Under the pieces are notes generated by a model that made no database searches, had not been told where the DNA came from, and saw nothing but the letters and a program-made list of their open reading frames with translations. DNA of 64,000 bases, from assembly GCA_023231475.1 (NCBI GenBank), contig JALJEE010001494.1, forward strand, positions 1 through 64,000, in the 5' to 3' direction. The DNA is from Seison nebaliae. Lineage: Eukaryota. The number at the start of each line of letters is the position of its first letter. Positions within the stretch are counted from its first letter, which is position 1. The position numbers and the translations under genes are program-made. This document shows, one piece after another, positions 50,311-64,000 of this stretch.

Positions 50311-53300
50311 ATATTTATCTATCATATCAATTCGTTTCTAATCCGATTCCTATTCATTCAATTTATCATATCATTCTTTCATGCATCTTTTCCAACTCTT
50401 CACATTCTTTCCATTTCGTCCCATCAAATTACTTCACTAATAAAATAATTCCATGTGAATCGACAATTCTAATGTTCCCCTCCCAATTAACTAAATGTTC
50501 ATTCCTCCACTTTTACAAATTCATTTCCTCATCATCAACAAATTTCAATTATTTCAAATTAATAAATTATCGAATTTCCCTATCGTATGACGTCAAACTT
50601 AGGTAATCCATTCAACTTATTCCAAGAGAACTATTAACTGCGACTTAAATTGAAGTTTTAATTCAATTTCAGTTGATAAACAACATTCATTTCTCATCAT
50701 TTACATCATTCCACTGATTGAATGAGAGAAATGGTCATTAACTAAAAAGGTGATTCCTTACAAAGTTACAATTGTCCGTTTAACAGTCCAAACTATAACG
50801 TAACAACATATGCATATAAATGTAGTTCACTCAATTTTACAGTTTGTCCTTTCAACCATTTCTTTCTTTTTAACATTTTTTAATTTTCTAGTTTTTTCAA
50901 AAAATATTCCTTCACATTTCATCGTTCTACTTATCGACATGATTCTTTTCATTTTCCTCTTCTACCCGAAACTTCTAGACGTCGAGCAGTAATTGAGCAA
51001 TTAAGTATTGGCGTGAAAGGTAGAAAAAAATAGAGTAGAGGAAGGAGAATAATTGTCAATATTTTTCGTCTAAAAAGGATTGGGAAGTAAATGAATGGGA
51101 AAATTGAAGAAGGCGAGAAGATTTTTGTGCATAAAATCTTTCGATTTCTTTCCCATTTTATCGATCGTTTTCTAATTTGACTGGTATTGCTTTGAATATA
51201 GAGAAATTTTCGAATAAAAAATATCACAATTTCTTTCTTTTGCTCATTTACTTTTCAAAAAATGTCGATTTAAGTATGGGAGGAGATGTGTAAAGATTCT
51301 ATTAAGAGGATAAAGGTAAATAAACAAAAGAATTTGTTTATTCTGATACGAAAAAAGGAAAAGTATTACGATATTATTGTGTTTCATTTTCTTCCATTTC
51401 ATTATCAGGCAGATGGAAGATGAAGGAAGAAGAAAAGAAATCAATTGGCAATTGAATCAATCAATTTTTTTTTGCCATTCCAACAGATATATACATATAG
51501 GTGTATCTTTTTTTCGAAGACTTCCATCGCATTGAAACTTTCTCGATTAATACTCGAGTTCCACTTTTCAAAGGAGGGGTCCAATATTTTATCGCGAAGT
51601 AGTTGCCAATAGATGAAGTGGTATGAAAACTACGAGAGAAATCGATAGCTATTCTTTCAACCGACGAGCTTCGATTTTCCTGTTGACTGTTAAAGAGACT
51701 TTGTTCTTTCATATAATATTAGACCTCCATTTTTTCCACCTCATATGCATTTTTATCTTTCAAAAAAAAATTCTTCCCATTTATCCTACTCCAATCTTCT
51801 CATCACCTTAAACACACACACGCACACATAAACAGATTTCTTGAAGTTCTTGCAATGGATAAGTGTCAGTTATGAGACGAACAGTAAGTATCATAGAAGT
51901 ATTATCTTTTTCTTTCTATAAACTTATTTGGAGAAGTGTTGAGAAATAGTTGAACATATATGGAGAAAGTAGTTGAATTAATCTCGTCCCTCATATCGAC
52001 AATCGCTTCAACTTAGTTCCTTTATTTGTTACGTGAATTTTCACATTACGTTCATGTTTTTGGAGCATTCAATAAAATGTTATATTAATGATATGCAACT
52101 TGTTCTTCCTGTATCAAATAACAACAGTCTTCTAATATGTGACAATTACCTTTGGGGAGGAGAAAATTCTTTAATATTTCTCAACATATTTCAAAATGCA
52201 CTGACATCTTTGAATGAATGAATAGTAAAAATGTTGAAGGTCTCTCTCGATTCATTTGGGATTAAAATAATAAATCTAATCCATTCTCATCATAAACACA
52301 AGAAATATATTTAGTTAATACGTTACGTTATTATACCATAGAAATCTTTTGGATATAAGAGAAATGAGTTAAATGATGTTTTATGTGAGTTCTTTTTTAA
52401 GCTTGAGAAATTTGAAAATGATTCGAATAAGTTGGACTGAGAAATTCCCAGTGAATGATTCATTCAGTTTTGGCTTTTTTATGTCGATTGATCCGATTAA
52501 TATGGAGTCTAGGGACAATTACATAAATCGACATTTTAAATTTAATTGTCTCTATTACTTCATCAATAATTAATGAGAGGAGTGATGTAATTTGAGAGTA
52601 AATGGCATTCATGTAGATTGATTGGAATTCGAAGTCATATTGGGGTTGATTGACCTGAAAAGTATTCCAAATTGAATGGAGTAACTTTTTGTTCGATTGT
52701 AAGAATTATGAGAGAAATATATTTCTTTTCTTCATATCAAAAAGAAGAAGATAATTATTAAAAATTGGCTGGTAGATTAGGTGGAAATGAATTTTCTTTT
52801 TCCAAAACTAACCGATGGTCGACGAGTATCGTGGATCTCTGATGTAGAGAGGACGAAGGAACGAAGAGACGATTCTGATAAAAGATTATCGTATCTTCTA
52901 ATCAGATAAAGAAAGAATTAATAAATAATCCTTCTTCTCTAAATAATTGCCATTAGTTGATTTGAGGGAGGAAGATGATATTTTCATGATCAAACCGAAT
53001 TTTCCTTTCCGCGAACTCGATAAAACGAGAGTAAAAATGAGATTGAATGGTTATACCAATAGCGTCAAACATTCTGATTAAGTAGCTGCTTAACAATCAA
53101 ATGAAACCTAATCGGATTACATCGTTATAATCAAATTTATGATATTTTATCATTTAACTGAGAAACCGATTTACTTGCAAAACACCTTCCACCCAATACG
53201 AGTAGAACTTCGACCGAATTTCCTTCTTATCTGACTCGACTCTCTTCCGAACTGATTAAGCTTAATGCGAGTTGTGAAGTAATCAAATAGAAATTTCATT

Positions 53301-56300
53301 TTGTTTCTTACGATTGAATTTAATCGTTGTCATATTCGGTGTGAATATGATGAGACTGGACACGAGGAAAGTTGTGAGAAGGAGAAGGGAATAAAGACGA
53401 AGGGGAAGACGATATCATCAAAACGAAATTGTTTAGACGAGAAATAATTAGTTTAATTCGGTATTAATGTGATGGATGGAAGAAAATAGATAAGTCATCT
53501 CAGCTGTAATCGAGCAAATGGTTATAATAGAATAAGATGGAGCAATATAATAATAAATGAAATTAGTATAAGGTGTAGGTGGGAGATAGATTGGAGTTTG
53601 GATAAGATGTTAAGGTTTGTTGGGAATGTTCATTGGAATCTCTCTCAAATAATTGATTAGTGATACGAAATAATAAGTGTGCACACATTCCACACATTCT
53701 TCCTTCATTGTCGAATTGACAGTGAGCATTAGATCTAGTCGTGAGTCCTTGGACTGCAGTTTCTCAAATAATTGATTGAGAAGTGAGAAAACTATTAGGG
53801 ATTTCTTTAATAATTTCTTCCTTCCTTCGCGTCTTCGTACAATAATATAATTAAGCGAACTATTATATGATAATGATGATGAAATGGGCGTACAATCCCT
53901 ACAATCGTATATCACATTTTACTTCATAATGATGGCAACTTGTTATATTCATATCAATTGAAACATAAACACATTCTTCTCTACTCTACCACATTACGAT
54001 GAACTACCCAATTCCTTTCCACTCTTCTTATTTACTTCCATCTTATTCCTTCTTTTCTTCATTATTCCCAATCATTCAATGGGACTACTTATCTTCCTCT
54101 GCACAATGCGAACGTTAGCGATGACAATTAGCAATTGATAGCCATGTCTTCTTAGCACAAAAATAATCTTCGACTTAACATTTCTTCTCTCAATTCTCTC
54201 ATTTAACTACCATATTAGGAGTATGATACTCCAACCATCCCTCTCACACTCCAGCTTATTCTCGACTCTATCACAATTCGCCAACCGTTTGAAGATGTTC
54301 TCTTAAAGAACAACTCGACAACAACCCCATCATTTATTCTCCATCACCAAATCTTCTTCCAAAGTCTCCTTACGAAATTTTCGTTCAAAACTGAAAGGAG
54401 AATGTCTTCCCATAATTCTCATTTCAATATTTGATCGAATCATGTTATTTATAATCATTAGTGAACTGTTAGTTTAAGTGAAATTTAAAATTTATTTAAC
54501 TATCATTCACTTGAGTCACGTGAAGTTCAGAGCGATGTTGAAGTACTTAATTTCTCAATTGTGAGCAGCATTTGTTTCTCGATAAATTACTTCGATAGAA
54601 TTTTTTGGTTCATTCCATCAAATTCTCACAAGACACAAATTATTTATAAGGAATTATCGAACATTATTTTTGTCAGTTTCTTCAAAATCTATTTCCTCAC
54701 AATATTGAACGATGGCAAATGGAGAGAAGACTATTAATCATATTCTCCTGACGTGTATTGTTCTACTATTGATTGAGAACCACAAAGTATGTGGTGTGTG
54801 ATTGAAGAAGGAGAAGATTTTGGAAGTTGAGAAGAAAGAAATTAGTCATAAAGTTGAATTGTAAATTGTAAATTTATTAATTTTCCGAAAAGTAATTTTA
54901 GAAGATACAAATCCTCTTCAAAACAATATCAGGTAAAGAAATCGATACGATTCGCAAGATGTCGCATTTGTAGTTTGTATAATGGAAAAGAATCGAAATA
55001 TGGAAAATAATTTGATGAACGAACGTGGAAACTTGGCGAAGGAGAGAAACGGAAAATAAAAAGTTTTAAATAAAATTGAGAGGCGTAAACATTGTCGATT
55101 AGAAGTTCTCTTATTTGATCCTGAGTTTCATCTCGCAATCTTTCTCTGATTTCTTCATTTTATATTGGAGAAAGGAAAAGATTGCATTGAATCAATTGAC
55201 TAAGGAGGTTCTCAAAATATCTCAAACATATATGTTAATGGAGAACCTTCAGTTATTTTTTTGAGGTATTTGATGAGACGTTAAAGTGGAAAATGTTTGT
55301 GAGGAAAATGAGAAATTCGTTTCATGTTAATGCATTCCATTTTTATCGGTTACTCGTGCGATGAGGCGGAATCGAATGAAATGCAACTCGACGTAATGGA
55401 TTAGAAAAGTAATTCCGATGGTTTCCACATCTCTAAATCCGTCATGTCATTTCTAATCGTTTCTCTTATGATCCCCTTTTAATGTAATCGAACACACAAT
55501 CAATATCTCATCTCATGCATGTTGATTCGACCAATTCGAATGGACGAGTCATTTCACCAATTTCATTTTGAGAAAAGGAAACATTGAAATTTGAAGAAAC
55601 ATTTGTTAAAATGAAATTAATTTTATTTTCTTCAATGGAATCGATGAAATTAAATGATTAATTAGATATATCGCTGACATCAATAAATCAAATTATTTTC
55701 CCATTCACTTTATAATTATTTTTGCTGTTTTTGTTGTTGTTCGTTCTTTATATAGTTCTATATTGATCTGGCGAGTTAAGACTTTAATTGATGGATGTAT
55801 AAATATTAAGAATGTAACGTAAATTATTTGAGATTTGTGCAAATCATTAGGAGAAAACATAGTAAGACAAATAAATGTTATTTAACATTTCTACAAATTG
55901 AACTTGATGACATTTGTTATGAACAGAATAGAGATTTATGCAAAAATAATTATCATATTCCTCTAAGATCATAAGTGATGAGAAATGGTTCGACATTTCC
56001 TTTTTCCCAATTTCTTCTCATTCCCATCATGTAAACAATTAAAATAATAAAACATCATCATCAATTGATGCACTTCAAATTTTTCACTCATTACTGAAAC
56101 GACTCAGGAAAACGTTCACCATCACCATCACAATTTAATTGAATTATGGAAACTCTTCAATTTTCATTTTGAACTATTAATGTTCTTTGGAAAAACTTCC
56201 TTGAAATTCTTTTGGAAGACATGAGCTGTTTTCACATAAATTTCTCCTGCTTTATTTTTTATTGTGTCGTTGAAAAATTTTGGTTTGGACGAAAGAATAG

Positions 56301-57754
56301 AAAATCATCGAATGTTATTTCAGACAATTGATAAAGAAAATTCCCACACAGAAATAGGTTTATTTTCCCGGAAATTTCTAGCAACCTTTCGAAAATAATT
56401 GTGATTGTTCTAAGTGTGTTTTTCCTTCAATGGAAAGAAAAAAAAAGTTGTTTTGGCAAATAAGAAAGGAGAATGTCCAGTTATCATAATCAATTGAGCC
56501 ATCTATAGTTTTGTGTGATTTGAGACGACGGAACTTGAATTAAATATGAAGAAAGTTTTTTGTTTAGTTTCATTAAGAGTTCGTCGAATTCCGTGAGAGA
56601 TTCCATTTCGTTCAATCAGATGAACGAAAGTTATGAATGTGAAGAGAGATATGAAAGATTGAAAAAGGCATGAGAAAATTGGTAGAATAGACGAAATTGA
56701 AATGAGATAAAATGACGATGACAAGGCAGAAAGAAATTAGAATAAAAAGGAAAATTACTTTTTTCAACAACACTTTCTGCCCAAATTCCTCAAATATTAA
56801 ACACAATTCGTATTCACTAATTATTCTATGTTCTTTTATTTCATTCAATGTTACTCGTCTAGGGAACACACATTCGTTAGCTGTCCTCTTGTCAGATGTC
56901 GACATCTTCATTCCTTTGTTTTCCTTTTGTTTCGTTTCCTTCGCCAGAATTCCTCCCTCAATTCATTTCTCATTTTCAATGAAATATTTAACAGATAATT
57001 ATAGTAATTCCTTCATCACATCTACTAGTTGTACGACGTCATTGGAATATGAGGAGAATGACGATAATAATACCATGATGAATACCGTCGTTTAGTGCAT
57101 AAATGTTTATTATCGTTCCGTTTCTTTTTTTATCGGGGAGGACACCAATAAGCTCAATGAACTGTTCCCTACTGAATATTTACGAGAGAATTCCATTTCC
57201 TATGGTCCTGTCGGATAATCGACGTAAAAATATGATACTTCTCCTCGAAAACGGCGACCACTTGACTTAACCGTCTTCATTGACGATGAATTAAGAGGGA
57301 ATTGTAATATTGGATAAGAGTCTCGGAAATAGAAATGATTCCTTCGGTTCAGCTTTAACATCTGGTTGACGTCAATGAAGTGGAGAAGACATGAGATAAT
57401 TTCTCTATAAACTGTGGTGATTGTCTAATCATATTTTCCATTAGTTTCATCTCTCCAGTCGAAACATAGCGTGCATTCCCCCTAAGACATGACGTAAATA
57501 TTTCATGTATTTCTCACAACGAAAACTTGTATTCGTCCCATGGTTGTGGAGTCGAAGTAATGCTGATTATGCTGATTACGACGTTCAGCAGATCCGGTTT
57601 TTAGATCTAATTGAAATGTCAAATAATATTAACATACTGATGAGGAGGGAAAAAGAGGAGGGAAGGAGAGATGAGGCAGAAGATGGAATGAAGGAGAAGA
57701 ATCAATATAATTATTGATCTCAGACAAAATAACTATGATGGAATAATAACTCTT

Positions 57755-58244
57755 GGGAAAATGACATTTGGTAGACGGGACTATTTGGTAGACCGATCTG
57801 TTGGGAGACGGACGTTTGGTAGACCGATCATTAGGTAGACTGCGTATAAAAATAGAGTTATATATATCTTTTTATTATTTTCTTTTTTCACTTTGAAATT
57901 ACACCAAATGTATGGGTTATCTAAAAAGATTTTTATTTTATTTTTTTTCTCTATTTTAAATTTCTTCAGAGCTCTTGTTCCGATAATAATACATCAAAAA
58001 TCATATTTTTTTTACACTATTGGATTCAGCTGGATGAAAAGATATATATTAAAAAATCGAGCAAAATTCATCAATTTTTATCCGAAAAACTAAGGGTTTT
58101 CCACGTGTTTAACGACTAAATACATTTTTGCTATAATTTTCAAAAAAAACATGGAACCCATATTTCAACCCTTCCGTTTCCCAAACGGTTGGTCTACCAA
58201 ACGTCCGTCTCCCAAATGATCGGTCTACCAAATGCCCTAGACTC
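57755..58244. mobile_element. 490-bp non-autonomous Mutator/Foldback-type MITE with TIRs built from ~15-bp tandem units
   Basis: Left arm tttggtagaccgatctgttgggagacggacgtttggtagacc is inverted at right as ggtctaccaaacgtccgtctcccaaatgatcggtctaccaaa. Flanks AATAACTCTT (57745-57754) and AATAACCCAT (58245-58254) form a degenerate 10-bp TSD. Confidence 0.85.
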
Positions 58245-61200
58245 AATAACCCATAACTTTCTATTAGATAAACGACGAATTACCATCCAATCATCCATTC
58301 TTTTTCATTAGTTTCTTTTCATAAAAAAATGTTAAATAAAATGTCAATACTTCAATTTCACGGATCTTCACGCAACTTTCACTTTTCGATCCGTTCGATT
58401 GTCGAAGAAAAATGGAGAAAAAACTGTGAATGATTTCAATTACAATTTCTCATCCGCTACAGTTACGTTGAATAATTCACCTAAACATAATTCTCAATTT
58501 ATAGTATAGTGTTGTGGGACGAATAATGTTTAATGAAAACTAGTGTTAACTAATCCCATCGAAAATCTTTCCCATGTTATTTATGAAGGGGGAATCGATA
58601 TAAGCGACGTACTTCACACGATTGTGCATGTATGTGTTTGTGTGTGGAAGGTACTAAAGACATGCAGCAGATGACTGAGAGACGATTAAGTATTTCGGAT
58701 GAAATTTGTATTTAAAAAAAATCATCACAAATCAACAACAATTCATTTGATTACATGAGATATGAAGGAGGAATTAAAGCGATTGCATAAAAACTCTTTC
58801 CACTTCGTAAGAAGAAGAAAAAGGAAAATTCTTCTTATTATCGATCGATTATCGAATGAGCAGTGCCTCAAATCGAGAAATTAAATGGATTATGTTCCGA
58901 TTCTTACAGATACATAATTGGCTAAGTGGAAGCATGATTATTATTGGAATTAATTGGTAAGTTATTGATATAAGTGGTTGGGAATGATTCGTTTTTTTTA
59001 TTTCCTTCACAACCTATTAATATGAAAAAAATTATTTTTTGATTCATCAATCACATCAGGAAAACTCTCTTTGATTACTGACGATCTTGTTAGATAATTG
59101 AGAAGAATACAGAAATAAATTAAGAGCGATAAATACAATTATTACGGAGTATATCCCTCCTATAATTCGAAAATTTAAGCAACAATTTTATTATAATTCG
59201 AGTAACAATTTCTTTGTTGTACCTTAAACAGGAATTTCTTTTTTCTTTCGTACTTCTCCAATTTCTTATCTTTACCGAATATTATTCGTCTCCTTCCAAT
59301 ATTCTCATTTAAAAGTTATTGGAAGAATTGACATTTCCTTAAACTGATACAATCAGTCATAAATACGATGTTCGTCCGTGATAAGTTCGACGAAAGAAGA
59401 TGAACCATCTCTCAAATTGGATAATGGAAAACGGATTTAGTTCATTCCGTTCTTAGTGTTCAAAGAAAATTTTCATTTTAAAAGTTGTCGGATATAAAGA
59501 ATAAAATTCTGGAAAGTACGACTATTTATTCAGACATTAATTACCGAGTAGATTATAGATGGAATTCTGTAAAAAAAAGAAATTGGCGAGATAATCTCAT
59601 CAGTATTTAGTTAATGTTAACTGTTTCTAACAAATGCATTAATGATTTTCCTCGACAGCAATTATTCATGTAATGTCTGTTTCTTCCGAGCGAATGTAAT
59701 TGATTAGGAGAACGATAGATAATTCATTTGATATTATCCTACTTGATTTGCCATCTTGACCAAATTGAGAAGTGTATGTAGTATCAGATCATAGTAAGGA
59801 GGAAAGGAGAATGCCAATGGTATTTAGATGAGATGAATCAGATGACAAATTAGAAGTAAAATTTGAGAAGATGAAAAGGAGAAAAAATCGAATGTTCATT
59901 ATCAAATTCTTTCGAATATTCAAGAATCAGATTATCAAAGATTAACATTCAATGAATTAAGAAGATATCTATTTGGAATTCTATCATTAATTGGAATCGA
60001 ATTACAATTTTCGTAGGAAGCAATTGAACATGATGATGATTATTATGAGGTGGAGAGATTAGATAGTAAATAAATTGTATAACGAGATTGTCGAAATGAA
60101 TTTCTTTAGATGATTTACTGTTCGTCAATCTAAGAAGAAGGACGGTACCGAATTTCTGAATTGACACGAGTGGAATTGATTGATCTGTAAGAAAATTATA
60201 TGTGAAAGTTTCGTTCGCCCATTGTGGAAGGTGAGAGATGAGATGTATAGAAATTTGGTTTAACAACGAATTACCTCGATAATGGAGACATATATAAATA
60301 TCGATAACGGACTGGAGAATACATGCGAACAGAAGTATCGATGTTGTCTAAGTAAAATCCTGTTGGAATGTGTGAATAGAATGGAATATAATTACACATA
60401 CAATTTTATCTTGAACAGATAGACGATTCGATGAATGAATGGATGGATGGATCATTATATTGCATATTATAATTTATTGATAAACTAATGATACGTATTG
60501 AAATAATATCATTCATTATCTAGTTAAAGTTTGTGCAGTGAATGTGCACAGAACATCTCTCCACATATGATGTATACGACAAATTTCACTTCCGTCTACA
60601 ATTATATTCTGAGTCATCTAATCAATTTGCTAACAGTCACTGATGATTATCATTACAATAGTGTAATAGTTCCATTCTCTTCCCTAAACTTTCATCACAA
60701 TCACATGTCCTCCATCGCTCCCTGATTCTTCCAAATTAATAATGATCATCATAATTATAATCGAGATGAAGATGATGGTGGTAGAATTAATGGTAATGGT
60801 GGTAAAACAAGCGGTGATAGTGAGAAAATTAGTGGTGGTGGTGGGAGAATTGATGGTGGTGATGACGAAATATTATTGATCATAAGAAACAATAATGAAA
60901 TGAATAAATAATTTTTAATGATCTTTCATGTTTCACATCGACAACATATTAATGTTTGCATAAAACATATATGTGCGAAACGAGAAACTTCTCAAACATT
61001 CTCTCTGAATTCTTCTTGTTCATGTGCAGATCGAATGCAGTGAGTGAATGGTAAGAAATAATGTAAGGATAATAACCATATCGATCGGATGATGATCAAT
61101 TTTATCTATTTGCCGTTGAACCTCATTCCAATAATTTAATGAGGTGATATGATCCTTCCATCAATTGGAGAGAATGTTTTTGTTGTTGTTATTCGCCTAG

Positions 61201-62261
61201 GTGATCAGAATGGTCGTTCCATCAAATAACTTTGACATTAATTCTCCATTCTACTTCATTGATCTCCTAATCAAATCTTTTCCTTTCCTCTTCACAATAA
61301 ACAGGAGACGTTATTTTAAATTTAAATTAATTTATGGGAAATTAATGAAAGTCGATCGCCACGTGTCTAGTCGTAGCAGGAATGATAGTTAGATAAGTGT
61401 CTATTGGAAAATAATTAGAATTTGGGTCTTGATAAATTATCACTAAGTTTTCTTTTTTAAACTTTAATTTTTTCATTTGAAGAACTGAATGGATGTAAGA
61501 TAATCATGAAATGTATTTAATGACACAATCGGTTGTATTGAATGAGAGTGATAAGAATCCAGGTGATGGTACATCGTTAAATAGAGATTCATTAGTTCAT
61601 ATTTGCAATAATCTGTGCGAAAATTCTTTTCAAATCGAAATCTACTACAAATTAGTTTATTCATGAAGATGCCGCTGTCGACGGAAATATGTATTCCTAG
61701 AAAATGGTAAGAAAGAATTAGGGAGAAAATGGAAAGATGAAATTGTTGAAGAAAATTAAAGAATAAAATGTAATAGGGAGAAAAAAGAGGGGGAAAAGGA
61801 GGAGAAAAAAAAGAGAATAAATGAATAAACGAGAAAATGTTGAAAGGTTTTCTTCTTATTGTCCTTATCAAATGAACATTATTTTCATTGTTATCCTTCT
61901 GATATTGTTTATTTTCTCCTTTTATGTTCCTTCATTCCTTTTCATCTTCTCCGTCTCATCTTATGGATTATAACAATGCACCGTTTCATTAAACGTTATT
62001 CTGATTAAATTTTCATTATCCATTTTCCCTACTTCCATCCCCCCAAATTTTATCAGTTACTGTACTTCGATCTAATCATTCTCATTATGTCATCATCTAT
62101 TTGATGATCTCTTATTATTTTCTTATCACTGATTTCTTCCCAATATCCTTTTTCACGATCTCCATTCGTCTCCAACATGATATTGTACGTGCATGCACGA
62201 AGTAGAAAAAAAGAAGATTAAATCTTCTTCTTCTTTTTTTCATCAAATCGTTGTTAGACGA

Positions 62262-62304
62262 GATGGATGGATGGATGGATGGATGGATGGATGGATGGAT
62301 GGAT
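62262..62304. repeat. (GGAT)n microsatellite
   Basis: About 10 GGAT units seen directly. Confidence 0.9.
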
Positions 62305-62617
62305 GAATGATATCAATGAGAGAACTATTACATTTTATGTTACTGATTTAAAGATTCTTCTCATCTATTATCTTACTTGAAATTTTTATGTCGTCATTCA
62401 TATGAAGTAGCAGCTAATTCCATTCTATTATTCAACTACTTCCTCCCGTCCCACTAGATAACTGAAGGTGTCATCTCATTACAATGACGACTTATGACTA
62501 GAGTAGATTGCATATATCAAACTTCATTTCTCTTCTGCTGCTATGACTTACTGATCAATCGACAATGCATTTCGTTGACGACATCCAAATGCTTCCTCTT
62601 CTAGTCAGCACTACACG

Positions 62618-64000
62618 ATGAGACCATGTCACATTGTGATTCCCTCTATAAGCATTTGGCGGCGAATTATGTCGATACATCTACTGTTTGCACTTTTTGC
62701 CGTCACAAATGCTTTCTCCAAAAACCGGATGTCGTCAACGGCATATGGCTACCGTCCTGGTGACATACTTCTTGGTGGCTTAGCTCCAGTTCATTTAAAA
62801 GTTTCTCTCCCTCCACTTTCGATTCTCTTAATAAATTGGTTCTCCAATTTCTATCATGTTTTAGAGCGAAGACGGAACGACTTGTGGCCGGTTGAATTTA
62901 GATCGTGGACTACAACGCGTCGAAGCAATGTTGTATTCAATCGATCGTATTAATCGAGAACCTGATACCAGATTGGATAATAACTTACGGTTTGGTATCA
63001 TGATTAAAGATACATGTTCGCGTGACAAATTTGCACGTCAACAATCGATGGAATTTGTTCGAAGACGAATTTCGCGAACGGATTGTTCGAAGAATAATCA
63101 GCCGAATGAATTACAATATATTCCGATTGTTGTCGGCGCCTCATATAGTGGCGTCAGTTCGGCCGTTGCCAATTTATTACAATTATTCGAAATATCATTA
63201 GTCAGCTACGCAAGTACGGGAGAGATTCTGAGTGATCGAGAAAACTTTGAATATTTTGCCCGAACCGTTCCATCTGATACTCAACAAATTGAAGCGATTG
63301 CTGATATTATTCAATATCTAAATTTTACTCATATATCCTATGTGGTTTCTGCTGGTGCTTATGGTCAATCAGCCACCAGAGTATTAAACGAAGCGATGAA
63401 GAAACGAGATGTTTGTGTCGCTGATAAATTGGTGATTGAGAATAAGCCTCAACAGAAACATTATGATAGTATTGCAACTCGATTGATCAAGAATGAAAAT
63501 TCAAATATTATCGTTCTATTTACTCGATCTGATGATACTACGGAATTGTTGAAAGCGATTAGTCATAGGAATAAAACTAATCGATTCCTTTTCATTGCCA
63601 GTGATGGTTGGGGTATGCAATCAAGTGTTGTAGCTCATAATCATGAGATTGCCAATGGTGCATTTACTCTAGAAATTAAATCGGTGAAAATGGATGAATT
63701 CCATCAATCTCTTCTCAATATCGGAAATAATGCCACCAGTTTTTATCATCGATCAAAAGCCAATCCTTGGCTTCGTGAATATTGGAAGGATCGATTCGGA
63801 TGTGAAATGAATCGACATTCAGTTCGATCTTCATTCTATGATTATAATTACTTCTCAAATGACAATAACGAAACATTTCGATTCTGCAACGACAAAGATC
63901 GATTGCCCAACGATTTGAAAATCGATTCGAAAGCACCATTCATTTATTATGCAGTGAAAGCGGCAGCTTTGGCTGTCAAAAGTGCATTGAGGCGTCTCGC
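62618..64000 (+). CDS. mGluR: Metabotropic glutamate receptor (class C GPCR), N-terminal Venus-flytrap domain, truncated by the window end
   Basis: Signal peptide and GDILLGGLAPVH, then a 64-nt GTTTCT...TAG intron (62801-62864). Exon 2 encodes GLQRVEAM, KDTCS, VVGASYSGVS..VANLLQLF, SYAST, YFARTVPSD, AYG, ASDGWG, NPWLREYW, DSKAPF. Alternative start ATG at 62669. Confidence 0.95.

Noticed and set aside
57755..57842. Short periodic repeats resembling a CRISPR array
   Set aside because: No unique spacers, no cas genes, eukaryotic context, and an inverted partner at ~58175-58244, so it is a transposon TIR.

Overview
This is AT-rich eukaryotic (invertebrate animal) genomic DNA with very short introns. 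The species cannot be determined from sequence alone. Recognisable genes are TRIM37, a NitFhit fusion, a divergent HExxH metallopeptidase, an ataxin-2/Pbp1-like gene, an MNK kinase, TBC1D22, UBXN6, a PX-LRR nischarin-like gene, HGD, a giant 2073-aa 7TM receptor and the 5' part of a metabotropic glutamate receptor. The window also holds one orphan gene, decayed non-LTR retrotransposon copies, a duplicated pseudogene-like segment, a Mutator/Foldback-type MITE and microsatellites. The main signal is the splicing code. I reconstructed 32 introns by hand, almost all 38-78 nt long: 31 begin GTT, one begins GTG and none begins GTA. Positions +4 to +6 and exon position -1 show little consensus. This departs from the near-universal GTRAGT donor and suggests altered 5' splice-site recognition. 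Secondary highlights are the GPCR with loops of roughly 150, 440 and 1000 aa, an MNK with DFG in place of the family's DFD motif, and an in-frame TGA inside an apparent signal peptide. All gene models are manual and have no transcript support.
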